NCBI RefSeq assembly: GCF_003918875.1
Contig: NW_025766181.1
Span: 558,001 to 622,000 of the forward strand
Direction of reading: 5' to 3'
Length of the DNA stretch: 64,000 bases
From: Haliotis rubra
Lineage: Eukaryota
Shown in pieces: positions 13,072 to 26,979 of this stretch. Numbering within the stretch: the first letter of the stretch is position 1; every line of letters begins with the position of its first letter. Both the position numbers and the translations under genes were made by a program. The notes beneath the pieces are model-generated. The model was not told the DNA's origin and did no database searches. It saw only the letters and a list, made by a program, of their open reading frames with translations.

Positions 13072-14738
13072 ATGAATACTCTTCAAATTCTCGTAGTTCT
13101 TTTGGCAACATGCTGTGCAAGTCAAGGAAGAAATATCCGTAAGTGTTACCAAGTTGACAAATCTGTTGCGCGAATTAATGTTAAAACAAAACCAAATGGT
13201 ATTATTCTGACATCGTACATGTAAAATACCTTGTATTTATGTAGGGTTGTTGTGTATGTGTTTAATGCCGCGAAAGAAACATCATACATTATCCCCATGT
13301 AACATAATATCCCCGTTTACGGGAACACCTGTGTGTCATCACTGAATTTCAGTAGTCCATCAATGTTACTTCCACAACTGTTTTGCTTTTTGCGCCTAAT
13401 GGATTCTGATTTGGCTGATAATCGGCGTTGACTTATAATACATTCATAAAAGAGGTTCTATTTCCTGAGATGATATTTATTCCTGTTCTATTTGCAGGTT
13501 CCAGGCGTTTTGTAAACCAGCCACCACCAGGTACGTTTTATACATGGTCAATACATAAATTGTATATTCTGTCATGAGAATAAGGAAAATTGCGTATCGA
13601 TAATCTAGCGAGTGTACTCGCTGGTGTGGCTTGTCTTTACAAATAATATAGGTGGGTAAAGTGTGATGTAACTTCGTGTTCAAGATTATATCACTCATGT
13701 TACGACGTGCAACCACGTGATTATGTGTACATGACTAGGGCATTTCTGTACTCGTCTACTCTATGCCGGTTTACGACAACGAGCCCTTGGGATTCCTCAT
13801 TCGGACACAGAATACTGACACAGTCCAATGGTACTTTTGTTTAGCCCTAATGCTTCTTAGCCCTAGTACTTGTCGGACAGTCTAGTCTACCTTTAGAGGC
13901 GGTCACTAGAGATGTACGTGATTACTTCGACATATTACCCTTCAGCCTGCATATAACGCCGGGAAAACTGGAAATGTAATAAATTATACAGTGACAATAC
14001 GATATTAAGAGAACATAGGCATACAGAATGCTGAGTATTGTGTCGCTGTAAAACCTTCTTTGTGGTTCTTCCAGGTTTATTCCCGCCAGGCAACAACCAT
14101 CTCGATATCCGAGCGCTTATGGCACTCTTGAAGAATCCAGTGATGATGAAAGGGTCTGGTCAGGTTAATAGTCAACAGCAACAACAACAGCAGCAGCAAC
14201 AACAGCAACAACAACAACAACAGCAGCAGCAACAACAACTAGGAACGGGTCAAATTCCACAAGCCGAAGTAACTCCTCAATCAGCCCAAAATCAAGGTCA
14301 ACCTCAACCTGAGCCTCTTCCAACCCAGACGAAACCTCAAAACCCGCCACTGACCCAACATACAAAGAATCAAGGACAACTCCAGGGACAGACACCAACA
14401 CAAAATGCAGGTCAAGGTCAGCAAGGTCAAACAAACAATGGTCAGACACAACAGGCCCCTTTCCAGCTCCAACTGCCAATACGCCAAAGACTGTCGATCC
14501 AATGCAGCAGCTTATGGGGTACTCAAACATGTTCACCGACCCAATGTTTTTACAATACTTTCAACAATTCATGAGAAGGGTAGACAGGATGAAGCCCAAA
14601 TACAGGAGAGGAGACTTTATCCCCCCAAAAGGCCTCTTCCCGGGAGGATATGTGATATCTGCTGATGGTAGTGATGCAGAAGTGAGGGACATATATGGAA
14701 AGTTGCACTCAATTGATGGTGGCATTTTCCAAGCATAA
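13072..14738 (+). CDS. Secreted Gln-rich protein, copy 2 (exons 13072-13138, 13498-13530, 14075-14738); 1-bp frameshift in C-run at ~14456-14459
   Basis: Near-identical to copy 3; GCCCCTTT vs GCCCCCTTT splits the last exon into ORFs 14038 and 14502; pseudogene or homopolymer error. Confidence 0.8.
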
Positions 14739-15798
14739 ATCTTGTGCAGACATTTTCACATTGTGATAGAATTACATGATCCGACTTTTTGTAGCCTGCT
14801 GGACAGGCATATCACAGATCATACAACTACTTTAGATTCTCACTGCAATGCATCCCATGTACATAGACGTGTTTCATGGTCTATAAACACCGCTTCATCT
14901 TTGTCCATCACAACTTTACATCATTTTGATAGAATTTTGTTCTTTTTTGATAAATAAAATCTCTACTAAACATATTCGTGTTTATTCTTTCATTGTCAAT
15001 ATTGCAATATTTATTTCATGTATTTACCTTTTTCATGTCATTTTCTAATTTGCTCACCGCGTTGACCAACGCCTTTGGGGAAGTATGAGGATATTATTGT
15101 ATAGTTATGATGCAGCGTTCAGTCTCTATACTCTGATAGAAAACTGCATTCATCAGAAGGACACAACACCAATGAATAACACACACAACAAACACCCATT
15201 TGAGGATTCCACAATATCATGTGCATAAGAAGTGGACGACGTTTATTCTTGAATAAAGGCAACATGGTACATAGTTTCAACAGCTAATATATAGTGGTGT
15301 TCACATGCACCAGAAGCTGACGCATAATTCCTAACGAAATGATTTGGGATTAAGTTTTCTCTCAAAATGGACCAAGTAAAGCGAAATTATATTGGTTTCC
15401 GTTTCAGAAAGATTACTTTTAGTGTACATTCGATATGTTATGATCTATTTAGGAGAATATGAAAACCAAAATGTTTTTAATAAAATCGACAATAGTTCCT
15501 GGTCTGTTGTATGTAGCCTACAGTTTAATAAATATTAACTTTCTACTTTTAAATTTAGTATGTCTTCTATTGAGGTACTATCGGAACATTGAGTAAGGTA
15601 ACTTTTCATTCAGATGTGTTTGAATTTTGATAACGGAATATACATGACTTTATTTTAACGCTGATAGTTAAATTTGAAATGATTTCATAAAGGTTAATAT
15701 AGAAAGGTCAAATTAAAATACACCAATATGCTACTGTACATTTCAATAAATACATAAATAAATAAATAAATAAATCTAGTACATGATGGCATATACTA

Positions 15799-16885
15799 TA
15801 GTCAGCAGCAAAAAAAATGTCAGTACGAATTCAAAATTTGATAGGCACTGTAATCAAATCATTACGGAAATGGACACAATAAGCGGATCAAAACCATTTT
15901 TTGTGTACAATATCTTGACACATCAGTGAATAACTCAGCAGAATAACTTCAAGACATTACGTGAACGTTTGCAGTCCATTCAGACTCTTGACTTCAGTAT
16001 CTAGTGTGACCACAACGAGCGGCAATAACTGCAGCACAGCGTCTATGCATGGGGTGCACCAATCGATTGATGAAGGCCACTGGCACCTGGAAACACACTC
16101 TGTGAAAGGCCTGGCGCAGAAGATCGTCTGTGTTCGGCCTTGGTATGACATTATTCAGACTCCGCTGAATTTCATCCCAAAGATGTTCAATTGGGTTTAA
16201 ATCAGGACTAAGGGCTGGCCACTGCATAATGCTGACACCGTTCTGCTGTAGGAAGTTCCGTGTAGCTCTGGCAGTATGAGCCCGTGCGTTATCATGCTTG
16301 AAAATGTTGTTCCGGTGACGTGCGAAATGTGGTATGACTCGGGGTCTGAGAGCTTGGTCGATGTAGCGCACTGCTGTGATGCCGCCTCCTCTCCCTGGAC
16401 CAAGGTTCTGGAACACCACAGCATCCTTTCTCTGGTTCAGGCCTATTCCACCCCATACCATGATACTTGCACCTCCCCATGAGTCGCTTTCCTTAATACC
16501 TTGGTCCGAGTAACGCTGGCCACGTCGTCGCCATATTCTTGTTCTGCCATCTGCAGTTGATACGCAGTACCTACTCTCATCTGACCTGGAAGTGATTGGC
16601 AACGGCTTGTGCAGTGTGGCCAGCTTCAAGTCTTCCTAGCGCCTGGTTCCTATCAGCTATCATGAGTCGCGGCATCCTGCTGACGTTGTAATGTGAATGT
16701 TTCAACCAGGTTTGGGGGGTGCATTTTATAGGGCTGGTCCTTGTGAACAGCACGTGCAGCATGAGTTGCATGAAAAGTTTGGGAAGGAATGTCTTTGCTC
16801 AGGTAAAGTTGGAGATGTTGTCAAAATATACAATCAATACAATATACATTAAATTCCAAACTGACGTTTCTTTTGCTGCTTAGTA
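15799..16885 (-). mobile_element. Tc1-like transposon A, internally deleted copy
   Basis: TIRs TA(G/C)TCAGCAGCAAAA...GTCAGT / ACTGACGTTTCTTTTGCTGCTTAGTA; motifs SDESR, IMVWGGI, HDNARAH, WPALSPDLNPIEHLW; ~355 bp absent relative to copy at 31511-32442; empty site at ~9634. Confidence 0.9.
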
Positions 16886-17637
16886 TTTATCCCACTGAGA
16901 AACTCCACAAGGCCACATAACGGCCAGGGTAACGACACTTTATATATGAAATTTTAAGTATCATTGATGAAAATGTCTTCTACGCATGTTGAAGGATCAT
17001 TATTCGTTGATGTAAATAATATGTTAACTTTGTCCCCAACATGCTTCTATAGTATCGAGACTCTATCCAAAATAAATATCCAAGAACACTTGTCGTCATT
17101 GAAATAACAAACACAATATGTGTACAATATAACAATTGTGCCAAAACGTTAATTCAACACATGCTTATTCCAATACCAATAATACTGGTTTCAGTTCATT
17201 CCTTGTTTTAAATTACATAGTAACTTTGATAACGACGGTAAATGACCGTACTAGCATATTCAGTGGACATGGCCGCTTTGCTTTTTCTTGTTAGGATGAG
17301 CTGCGTAGACACATCCCATGATTGCGGTAAACCATCTAACAACACGCACGCATTTCCTTTGTGGATGTGTATATACATAACCGACAAATAGTGGGCAACT
17401 AACATCTTCTCTAAACGTTTAAGATAAAGTAGACCAACTATGTCAGGTGCAAACAATTGTTTAAACAAGAGGAATGAGAGTTTGCTTCTTTACTCATACA
17501 CTTCCAGAAAACCACTACAAATAGACCAGAACATACATGTATTTAAGTTGTTATTAACTAGAATAACTAACCAACTCAGCTTGCTGGCTGAGGTCAACTG
17601 GCCAGTTAGCATTCCGCACAGGAAAGCAAAAGTAACT

Positions 17638-18850
17638 CTGCATAACATAAAACTACATAAAATAAAAAGTTATTTGAAAAGTATTTAAAATAACCCTAAA
17701 TAAACATGCAGCAAGCACTTTGTTATCACTTATCGCCCGTAGCACGTGCACTTTGTGCACAATGAACTTACTTACTTTTTGTATGGTTTTTGACACCTGA
17801 AGTTCACACACCTGATATTGAAATTTGAAGAACGGTTAATTATTCTCTTGCCTCTGAATGTCATGGATAATGCGTTAATTTCAACCTAAACTGCGCTTAC
17901 GTCATGCTACGGCTTACAGAAAATCAGCATCTCTGTTCCGTGTGTATACTGGAGACTGGAATGGCCTAAAATGAAGTGGCCAGACATTTTGGTGTCCATC
18001 GAAACACGTCTCTATGGAAACGTTTTCAACATAATGGGAACACGAGAGATTTGCCTCGGACCGGCCGTCCACGCGACGCGTGACGTCACGTCAGCAAGAC
18101 AACCACATTCGGCTGACCCATATATGGAATCGAATCAAGACTGCCAGTTTGTCTGCTCCGACCATTCCTGGAATACGACCAATCAGTTCCAGAACTGTAC
18201 GGAACCGACTGAGGGAGCACAACATCGGGCCCCGACGGCTTGCAATTCAATTTTGCTCCAACGCCACAGACAGACATGTCTTGCCTGTTGCAGACATCAT
18301 CTACGTGACAGGAGACAAGATTGGGATGGTGCCTTGTTAACTGACGAGTTGCGCTTTCATCTGGATAGCTCAGATGGCAGGGCAAGGGTGTACAGACGGC
18401 GAAATGAACGGTATGCTGACTTGTGCATTGTTCCACGTTGACAGCGTTATGGAATGGGGAGTCATCACATCTCAAGGTCGGACGGAGCTTGTCATTTTTA
18501 ATGGCAATCCGACAGGTCTGCGATATCTTGATAAGATAATGCCCGTCCCCATGTCGCTACTGTGACATATTTCCTGAGACAGCAGAACATTGCGGTACAC
18601 TCCTGGCCAACTGTTTCTCCGGAGCTGTCCCCTTTAGGGTACGCTTGGGCTGAAATTGTGCGACGTTCTTGCAAGCCCAAAACCATGGACCAACATTATC
18701 CAAGCTTTCTTAAATCTCTTAGTGTCGTCTATGAGTTGTTGTTGTCAAGCCTGCATCAACGCCAATGGTGGACACACACGATACTGAATTTGCAAAGTGA
18801 CACCACATCTCTTCAAGGCCAAGTGTCAATTATCTTGTCAACAGTTAAAC
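17638..18850 (+). mobile_element. Decayed Tc1-like transposon B, copy 2
   Basis: Paralog of 10380-11797; DWDGALLTDELRFHL, WPTVSPELSP. Confidence 0.8.
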
Positions 18851-19596
18851 AGTGAAAGTGATGGAAATAACAAAACAATCATGTTAATTTTTGCATTAAA
18901 AAATTGGCATTGCATACAACATTGCACATGTATTTGACTGAATGTTGTCTAACGCCGCACTCTGGACCAAACGTTCCCATGAGAAGGGTGAGGGATAAAG
19001 GGCGGGGGGATATAGAAGTTAATATGTTATATGCCGAAGATGAAATGTTATATTCTGAAGATTTGGTAATGGTATCTGATCTATCATCAAGCAAAGGAAA
19101 TGAACTCTGCTCTCAGAATACACTTTTAAACGGAAATGGCGATCAAAATTATGAAAGTGTTTGAATGGCAATTAGAAGTGATACACATAATGTTTGTCTG
19201 TTTAACGCCGCACTCTATATGATGGTGGTGTGTAAATAATCGGGTCTGGACCAAACGATCCAGTGACGTTTATGGATACAAAAGTTGGTATGTATACATT
19301 TTCCCCTTTAGCATAATCGAATTAAATAAAATTGTCGCACATATGCACACAGTGTATTAATATGGAGGACACTGGTCTTAGACAGGGTTGTGACGTTACC
19401 CCAGAGCTTTTAGGCCGTTGGTGATAAACTGTTTACCAGCATCAATCTGACAGAATGTGGTGAGCGTAGGCGAGAAGATGTCTTTTCGTGAGGTCAAGTA
19501 TGGTACAGCGGTGTCTGAATCACATTAACAGTGCATAAATTGTGGCAGTGACGTGTTTTGCGCAGAGTTTTACGTCGTCACTTACCGATATTTTTG

Positions 19597-19680
19597 TATA
19601 AAAAAGGGATACGAGCGATACTATCTTCAGTCCACCAGTATTTGCCTTCGTATTGCGGCAGCATTTCTGCAGACTCACAT
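19597..19680 (+). promoter_or_regulatory. TATA/Inr + non-coding exon 1, copy 3
   Basis: TATAAAAA 19597, TCAGT Inr (A at 19629), GTAAGC donor 19681. Confidence 0.7.
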
Positions 19681-20279
19681 GTAAGCACATTTTCGTTGGC
19701 TTTTCATAATACATCTCCATGCTAATATCACCTGTTTTGTAGAATATCCTTAAAATTAAACCGACAAGTATTTCCATTTCAAGTGTCACAAGTGAAAATA
19801 CTTTCATGCTAGCTAGGAACACGGATCAAGGAATGTATCTGAGCATGTAACATTTCGTATGAAAGTTCGCAAGAAATATAGTAATGCTGAGAAAGTTTGC
19901 CCCTCAATTGCAGACACAATGAACATTTGAGTATTAAAAGAAGGCCACCCCAAAGTTTCTTGCATCGGTTTCCTTTATTAAGGTTTGTTATTAATGTTAA
20001 AATTCCACTTATATTTGTTTTCCTGGAACGGAGGGTGTTAAAAAGTCTCCAGTTCGTGTCAGTGTATAATCGAAGACTTAATAACCAAGAGATGACTATA
20101 TGAACTGCACATTAAAACGAATTGATCTGCCCTGATAAAAGTTCTAAGTAAAATCACATTCCATACCTTTCTTTACAACATAGACTGCGATCCTAGTTGA
20201 TGAAACACCCCACACGTATGATGGATTTACATTAACAAATGTGTTTGTTTGTAAAAATCAATCATTTTCTTCCAGCAAA

Positions 20280-21942
20280 ATGAATACTCTTCAAATTCTC
20301 GTAGTTCTTATGGCAACATGCTGTGCAAGTCAAGGAAGAAATATCCGTAAGTGTTACCAAGTTGACAAATTGCGCGAAATAATGTTAAAACAAAACCAAA
20401 TGGTATTATTCTGACATCGTACATGTAAAATACCTTGTATTTATGTAGGGTTGTTGTGTATGTGTTTAATGCCGCGAAAGAAACATCATACATTATCCCC
20501 ATGTAACTTAATATCCCCGTTTACGGGAACACCTGTGTGTCATCACTGAATTTCAGTAGTCCATTAATGTTACTTCCACAACTGTTTTGCCTTTTGCGCC
20601 TAATGGATTTTGATTTGGCTGATAATCGGCGTTGACTTATAATACATTCATAAAAGAGGTTCTATTTCCTGAGATGATTTTATTCCTGTTCTATTTGCAG
20701 GTTCCAGGCGTTTTGTAAACCAGCCACCACCAGGTACGTTTTATACATGGTCAAGATATCAAATGTATATTCTGTCATGAGAATAAGGAAAATTGCGTAT
20801 CGATAATCGAGCGAGTGTACTCGTTGGTGTGGCTTGTCTTTACAAATAATATAGGTGGGTAAAGTGTGATGTAACTTCGTGTTCAAGATTAACTCACTCA
20901 TGTTACGACGTGCAACCACGTGATTATGTGTACATGACTAGGGCATTTCTGTACTCGTCTACTCTATGCCGGTTTACGACAGCGACCCCTTGGGATACCT
21001 CATTCGGACACAGAATACTGACACAGTCCAATGGTACTTTTGTTTAGCCCTAATGCTTCTTAGCCCTAGTACTTGTCGGACAGTCTAGTCTACCTTTAGA
21101 GGCGGTCACTAGAGATGTACGTGATTACTTCGACATATTACCCTTCAGCCTGCATATAACGCCGGGAAAACTGGAAATGTAATAAATTATACAGTGACAA
21201 TACGATATTAAAAGAACATAGGCATACAGAATGCTGAGTATTGTGTCGCTGTAAAACCTTCTTTGTGGTTCTTCCAGGTTTATTCCCGCCAGGCAACAAC
21301 CATCTCGATATCCGAGCGCTTATGGCACTCTTGAAGAATCCAGTGATGATGAAAGGGTCTGGTCAGGTTAATAGTCAACAGCAACAACAACAGCAGCAGC
21401 AACAACAGCAACAACAACAACAACAGCAGCAGCAACAACAACTAGGAACGGGTCAAATTCCACAAGCCGAAGTAACTCCTCAATCAGCCCAAAATCAAGG
21501 TCAACCTCAACCTGAGCCTCTTCCTAACCAGACGAAACCTCAAAACCCGCCACTGACCCAACATACAAAGAATCAAGGACAAGTTCAGGGACAGACACCA
21601 ACACAAAATGCAGGTCAAGGTCAGCAAGGTCAAACAAACAATGGTCAGACACAACAGGCCCCCTTTCCAGCTCCAACTGCCAATACGCCAAAGACTGTCG
21701 ATCCAATGCAGCAGCGTATGGGGTACTCAAACATGTTCACCGACCCAATGTTTTTACAATACTTTCAACAATTCATGAGAAGGGTAGACAGGATGAAGCC
21801 CAAATACAGGAGAGGAGACTTTATCCCCCCAAAAGGCCTCTTCCCGGGAGGATATGTGATATCTGCTGATGGTAGTGATGCAGAAGTGAGGGACATATAT
21901 GGAAAGTTGCACTCAATTGATGGTGGCATTTTCCAAGCATAA
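20280..21942 (+). CDS. Secreted Gln-rich protein, copy 3 (254 aa; exons 20280-20346, 20701-20733, 21278-21942)
   Basis: Intact spliced frame: signal peptide, RSRR, Q22 tract, Q/P/T/N linker, C-terminal DGSDA module. Confidence 0.9.
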
Positions 21943-23342
21943 AGCTTGTGCAGACATTTTCACATTGTGATAGAATTACATGATCCGACTTTTTGTAGCC
22001 TGCTGGACAGGCATATCACAGATCATACAACTACTTTAGATTCTCACTGCAATGCATCCCATGTACATGGACGTGTTTCATGGTCTATAAACACCGCTTC
22101 ATCTTTGTCCATCACAACTTTACATCATTTTGATAGAATTTTGTTCTTTTTTGATAAATAAAATCTCTACTAAACATATTCGTGTTTATTCTTTCATTGT
22201 CAATATTGCAATATTTATTTCATGTACTTACCTTTTTCATGTCATTTTCTAATTTGCTCACCGCGTTGGCCAACGCCTTTGGGGAAGTATGAGGATATTA
22301 TTGTATAGTTATGATGCAGCGTTCAGTCTCTATACTCTGATAGAAAACTGCATTCATCAGAAGGACCCAAGTCCAATGAATAACACCCACAACAAACACC
22401 CATTTGAGGATTCCACAATATCATGTGCATAAGAAGTGGACGACGTTTATTCTTGAATAAAGGCAACATGGTACATAGTTTCAACAGCTAATATATAGTG
22501 GCGTTACATACACCAGAAGCTGACACATAATTCCTAACGAAATGTTTGGGATTAAGTTTTCTCTCAAAATGGACCAAGTAAAGCGAAATTATATTGGTTG
22601 CCGTTTCAGAAAGATTACTTTTAGTGTACATTCGATATGTTATGATCTATTTAGGAGAATATCAAAACCAAAATGTTTTTGGTAAAATCGACAATAGTTC
22701 CTGGTCTGTTGTATGTAGCCTACAGTTTAATAAATATTGACTTTCTACTTTCAAATTTAGTATGTTTACTGAGGTACTATCGGAAGTAAGGTAACTTTTC
22801 ATTCAGATGTGTTTGAATTTTGTTAACGGAATATACATGACTTTTTTTTAACGGTGATAGTTAAATTTGAAATGATTTCATAAAGATGTGTTAATATAGA
22901 AAGGTCAAATTAAAATACACCAATATGCTACTGTACATTTCAATAAATACATAAATAAATAAATAAATGAATAAATAAATCTAGTACATGATGGCATATA
23001 CTATACTCAGCAGCAAAAAAAAAGTCAGTACGAATTCAAAATTTGATAGGCACTGTAATCAAATCATTACAGAAATGGACACAATAAGCGGATCAAAACC
23101 ATTTTTTATGTACAATATCTTGACACATCAGTGAACAACTCAGCAGTATTTCAAGACATTACGTGAACGTTTGCAGTCCATTCAGACTCTTGACTTCAGT
23201 ATCTAGTGTGACCATCACGAGCGGCAATAACTGCAGCACAGCGTCTATGCATGGGGTGCACCAATCGATTGATGAAGGCCATTGGCACCTGGAACCACAC
23301 TCTGTGAAAGGCCTGACGCAATAAATCGTCTGTGTTCGGCCT

Positions 23343-23790
23343 GGCCTCAGACCACAGTTACCCCCTTAACTTTTACCATGACCCGGAAGTAAAATATGAG
23401 AATATAGTGCCTTGTTTAAATGGGCTGTTCTGCTTGTGCTGATTTTTCAGGGTGACTTGTGATAGCTTAAATGAAAGGTAAGACATTGTACTTTATTGCA
23501 AAATTTTTGGGTCCACAATCTACTCATGGTATTGACACCAGCCTTCCTTGATTTGACCCCAAGTTCAAGGCTGTCTGGTGTGTTTCGGCTCGTAACTTCC
23601 GGTGACCATTGTTTACAGTGGATACAGCAAAATCGACATGGTCGATCCAGGCTCATATTTTGCCGATTAAGTGACAAGTGGCAGGTTGGTGAGCATGCAA
23701 CAGGAGAACAGCCTACGACCGATATTAATTATGGTGCACTGGCATGTCACTGTAGATAGCAAAGAAGGAAAATAATTGTGGTCTGAGGCC
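23343..23790 (+). repeat. Left long terminal direct repeat (448 bp)
   Basis: GGCCTCAGACCACAGTTA ... TAATTGTGGTCTGAGGCC (18-bp TIR, 1 mismatch). Confidence 0.95.
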
Positions 23791-24061
23791 TGATATGGTG
23801 AAGGTAGTGCAAGTGTTTAATTTGCTATATGTCTGTTATTTTTCAAAATATTCACTTGAAACTTTGCATATTTACTGCCAGGAGCATTTGAAATATGTAT
23901 ACATGTGTTTTCAACTGAAAATATTTTTTTTACATTTTTATGAATTTATTTCAGTTTTCTGATTGCATATTGTTTTAGTGAGTGAGCGGACGCATCATAT
24001 TTAGACATATTGGTTCAATTATGGTGAATGTATGTATCACTACACCGCACGTGCCTTATAG

Positions 24062-24463
24062 ATGCATGTGATACCTAAAATGGCTAATATTCAAGCCTTT
24101 TTCCAAAGATATAGAGCCAAGTTTGTGAAGAATTCAGTCCTCAGTGTGGAAAATGGCATATGTCATATGTGGACTGGAGCATGCAAGCACAGTGGGTATG
24201 GGGTGTTGCGGTATTTTTGCCCCATAGCCTACCAGTGGCGTACTACTCATGCTCACAGGCTGAGTTTTATAGTACACAGGGAAAACTTCGACATAGGTGA
24301 TTACGACATCAGCCATTTGTGCCACAACAGTAAATGCACCTATGTCGAACACCTGTCTGCTGAACCATACAGCATAAATGCAGACAGAGTGGCCTGTGTA
24401 AACAGGGGTGTGTGTAAAGGCCATGCACCTTTCCCAGATTGCCTTTTGGCATTGAAGTCATAG
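24062..24463 (+). CDS. His-Me finger (His-Cys box-like) endonuclease, intact copy
   Basis: CHMWTG...GYG...AHRLSF...DISHLCHNSKC..VEHL..EP..IN..R..C....C.GH...P.C. Confidence 0.9.
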   Translation: MHVIPKMANIQAFFQRYRAKFVKNSVLSVENGICHMWTGACKHSGYGVLRYFCPIAYQWRTTHAHRLSFIVHRENFDIGDYDISHLCHNSKCTYVEHLSAEPYSINADRVACVNRGVCKGHAPFPDCLLALKS

Positions 24464-24693
24464 GAGAACAGAAAAACAAAGGCAAAGTATATGAAAAATA
24501 CTATATCAAATAATATAGTAAAATTTTATTCATATTTCCTGATTTTCACCACAGTCACAGTTAGTTGTGACATAGCATTTATTCACAACACATAGCTTTA
24601 GAGACATTATGATGTATTTAAACTTAAAGTTACACAGTATCTGTCTTTAGGAAGTAATTAGCACATACAGTTCTGCAGCATCACTGCACATTT

Positions 24694-26694
24694 TCAATAT
24701 TTTGAATAAGAATGTTCATGGTTTTTTGCTGAAACACGGTACAGGGTCTAACTGACCCTTTCTGTAGTCCCCACTCTGCTTGTCAGTCTGTTTAGACTTC
24801 AAATGTTCACAGATCTTGCTTCCATGCTGTGTAAGTTTCCTTTTCACAACACTGGGGCTTTTCTGATAGTCTTTGTGATAGGTAGCCTCCTTGTCCATTT
24901 GTTCAAGTGACCGCACAGCTCGGCTTGAAAGTTTCACCCCAGAATGGTCGCACTTGTCGATTGCTGATGTCCCAGGGCCATTGTTGAGCCTGTGAATTGT
25001 GGAAGAAGCCCTCCCAATCATGTTCCTTGAAAAGTTTACATTCTTTGGCAAAGAAATACTCAGTGATCGATTGGCAGCTTCACATTTCTGTGTGTCTGTG
25101 TACAGTTTCATTTGTTCCACCACTTCTACACTTAACTTCATTTTGAGAATTTCATTAAGCAAGTGTTTATCATTGTCATCCATATTGAAATGAGTGATAC
25201 TGTTGCAGCCGAGGAACATGGATCGCTGCCACCAGCTGTTTGTTACACCTCCTCTACACACAACTGAGTACCGGGCACACCTGGAGCAGTCGCCGCTGTA
25301 GCACTTGAGGGTTGCTTCGAGCACTCTTGGTAAGATACTACGAAGTGTTTTCATGTCACCTGCATGATCTTTCATGAGTTCTTTTAGTATCAGGCTGCAC
25401 CGTGCTTTGACATCCTGGCTCAGCACCTTCTTTGCTTCCATTTTATGTGTACGAGTAGTGCCGGGGAACATATCTGGGTTAAAATCAGCTCTGTAACATT
25501 GTCGGAACTGTCCTTGAGCCAAGTGGGTTGGGTCAGCTAGCCTTTGCACCTTCCACATTGGGTCCAACACTTTGAGAGCTTTGTCTACTCCATCTGCAGA
25601 CTTCGAATCCCCATCGGTTGTGGCATACTTTATGAGTACACCCTGTAGTGCGAGCTGATTACCAATGTCCTCTCCCATTTTGAACTCAGAGAATGGAGTG
25701 AAGGCCGACATGTTCGCAGTACAGTCTGGGTGCCCCCCCTGGACATTTCACATCCATGCCTTTTCCTTTCAGCCAGGCACCAGTCCAGCAGAGCTTATTC
25801 TGGAATGACGCACTGACGATGAACTTCTTGTCAGTAACAGTTTCGCAGGCGATGCCGATTGCTTGTGATGCATTCTGCCCTGGCTTCTTCCTGCTTGCTA
25901 TTGTTGTCGAGTTGTATCGGCCATCCATAGCAATGTTCATCTCACACGGCTCAGTACCCCTCTTTCGATTAACTTCCTTCACTAACTCCACCTTTTCTGC
26001 CATATCCTTAGTGTTAAGTTCAGTTACAGCCTTAGCCACCTTGTTGGAGGTCCTCTGCATACTGCTCCTGCATGGGGGGTGGAATGTCCATGTTGGCCAT
26101 CAGTAACCTCGCTCTCGTATTTCCTATAGGTGTGTCCTGTAGACCCAAGGCAAGTCCCACGTTGGGTGCTGCTGGGTTTGGCCCAGGTTTACCCGTCTCG
26201 ATTTCTTTGTATAACTTCATTTCAGGTGCTACAAAGTCACATGTGACACATTTCAGTGTTATTTTCCAGCATGCTCCCCATTTTCTCTCCTTGGCTATCT
26301 GCAGCTGAGGGTCGTCACAGTCACTGGATGTTGACCGATGCAGTCGCAGAGCTGTGTTCCATGCTTCGGCCACCTTTTCATTGTCGACTAGTCGCATACC
26401 CTCCAAGTCATCTTTGCTTGACTCTTGTTTCAGGTCATGCTTGCTCGTTGAAGTGGGACGCAGCAGCCTCACTGAAGTAGAGATGCCATCGCAGTCAGGT
26501 GTTGACAGCCCAGTGCCATCCAGCCTTGACTTGGTGACCAGGGAGAAGTCTTCTGCACTCAACCTAGTGACTGTCCTGGGTATCTGGGGTGGAGAGGCAC
26601 TTTCCGACTCTTCCGATTCAAGGGTGAGACCTTTGTTCCAGGGAGTATGGCCTTTGCTGAACTGTGACTTGATTCTCTTGCGGTCGCCTTTCAT
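24694..26694 (-). CDS. Kolobok-type DDD/E transposase, copy 1 (~665 aa after repairing 3 homopolymer frameshifts)
   Basis: CxxC (KCVTC), IAMDGRYNS, TTDGDS, TQKCEAANRS; frameshifts at ~26074, ~25735, ~24722; probable start MKG at 26694 downstream of TATATAAG. Confidence 0.8.
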
Positions 26695-26941
26695 CGTGAT
26701 TGTGTCGAATAGAACTAATGAGCTCTGAGCACAGCATGTACTTATATATCCCATCTCTGTGTGTTGTCACTGGCACTGACAAGCAGGTATATGTATTAGA
26801 AAATGTATTGGAAACTCAAGACATACACATGTCTTGCGCCACTGGTGTAAATCGCAGTTGAGCCATACACACCTACTGACACTTTGTCGCGTATTGGCCA
26901 GGTGTCAGGTGAGAGTGGACATGCTTGGTGACTCGCTGCAC

Positions 26942-26979
26942 TTGATTGGCTGTACTCAGCTACTTGTGCAGCCAATCAA
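26942..26979. promoter_or_regulatory. Inverted pair of CCAAT boxes upstream of transposase
   Basis: TTGATTGGCTGTAC-N10-GTGCAGCCAATCAA; repeated at ~30579-30616. Confidence 0.5.

Noticed and set aside
23447-23759. ORFs within the LTDR
   Set aside because: Short, differ between LTDR copies by homopolymer indels, no motifs
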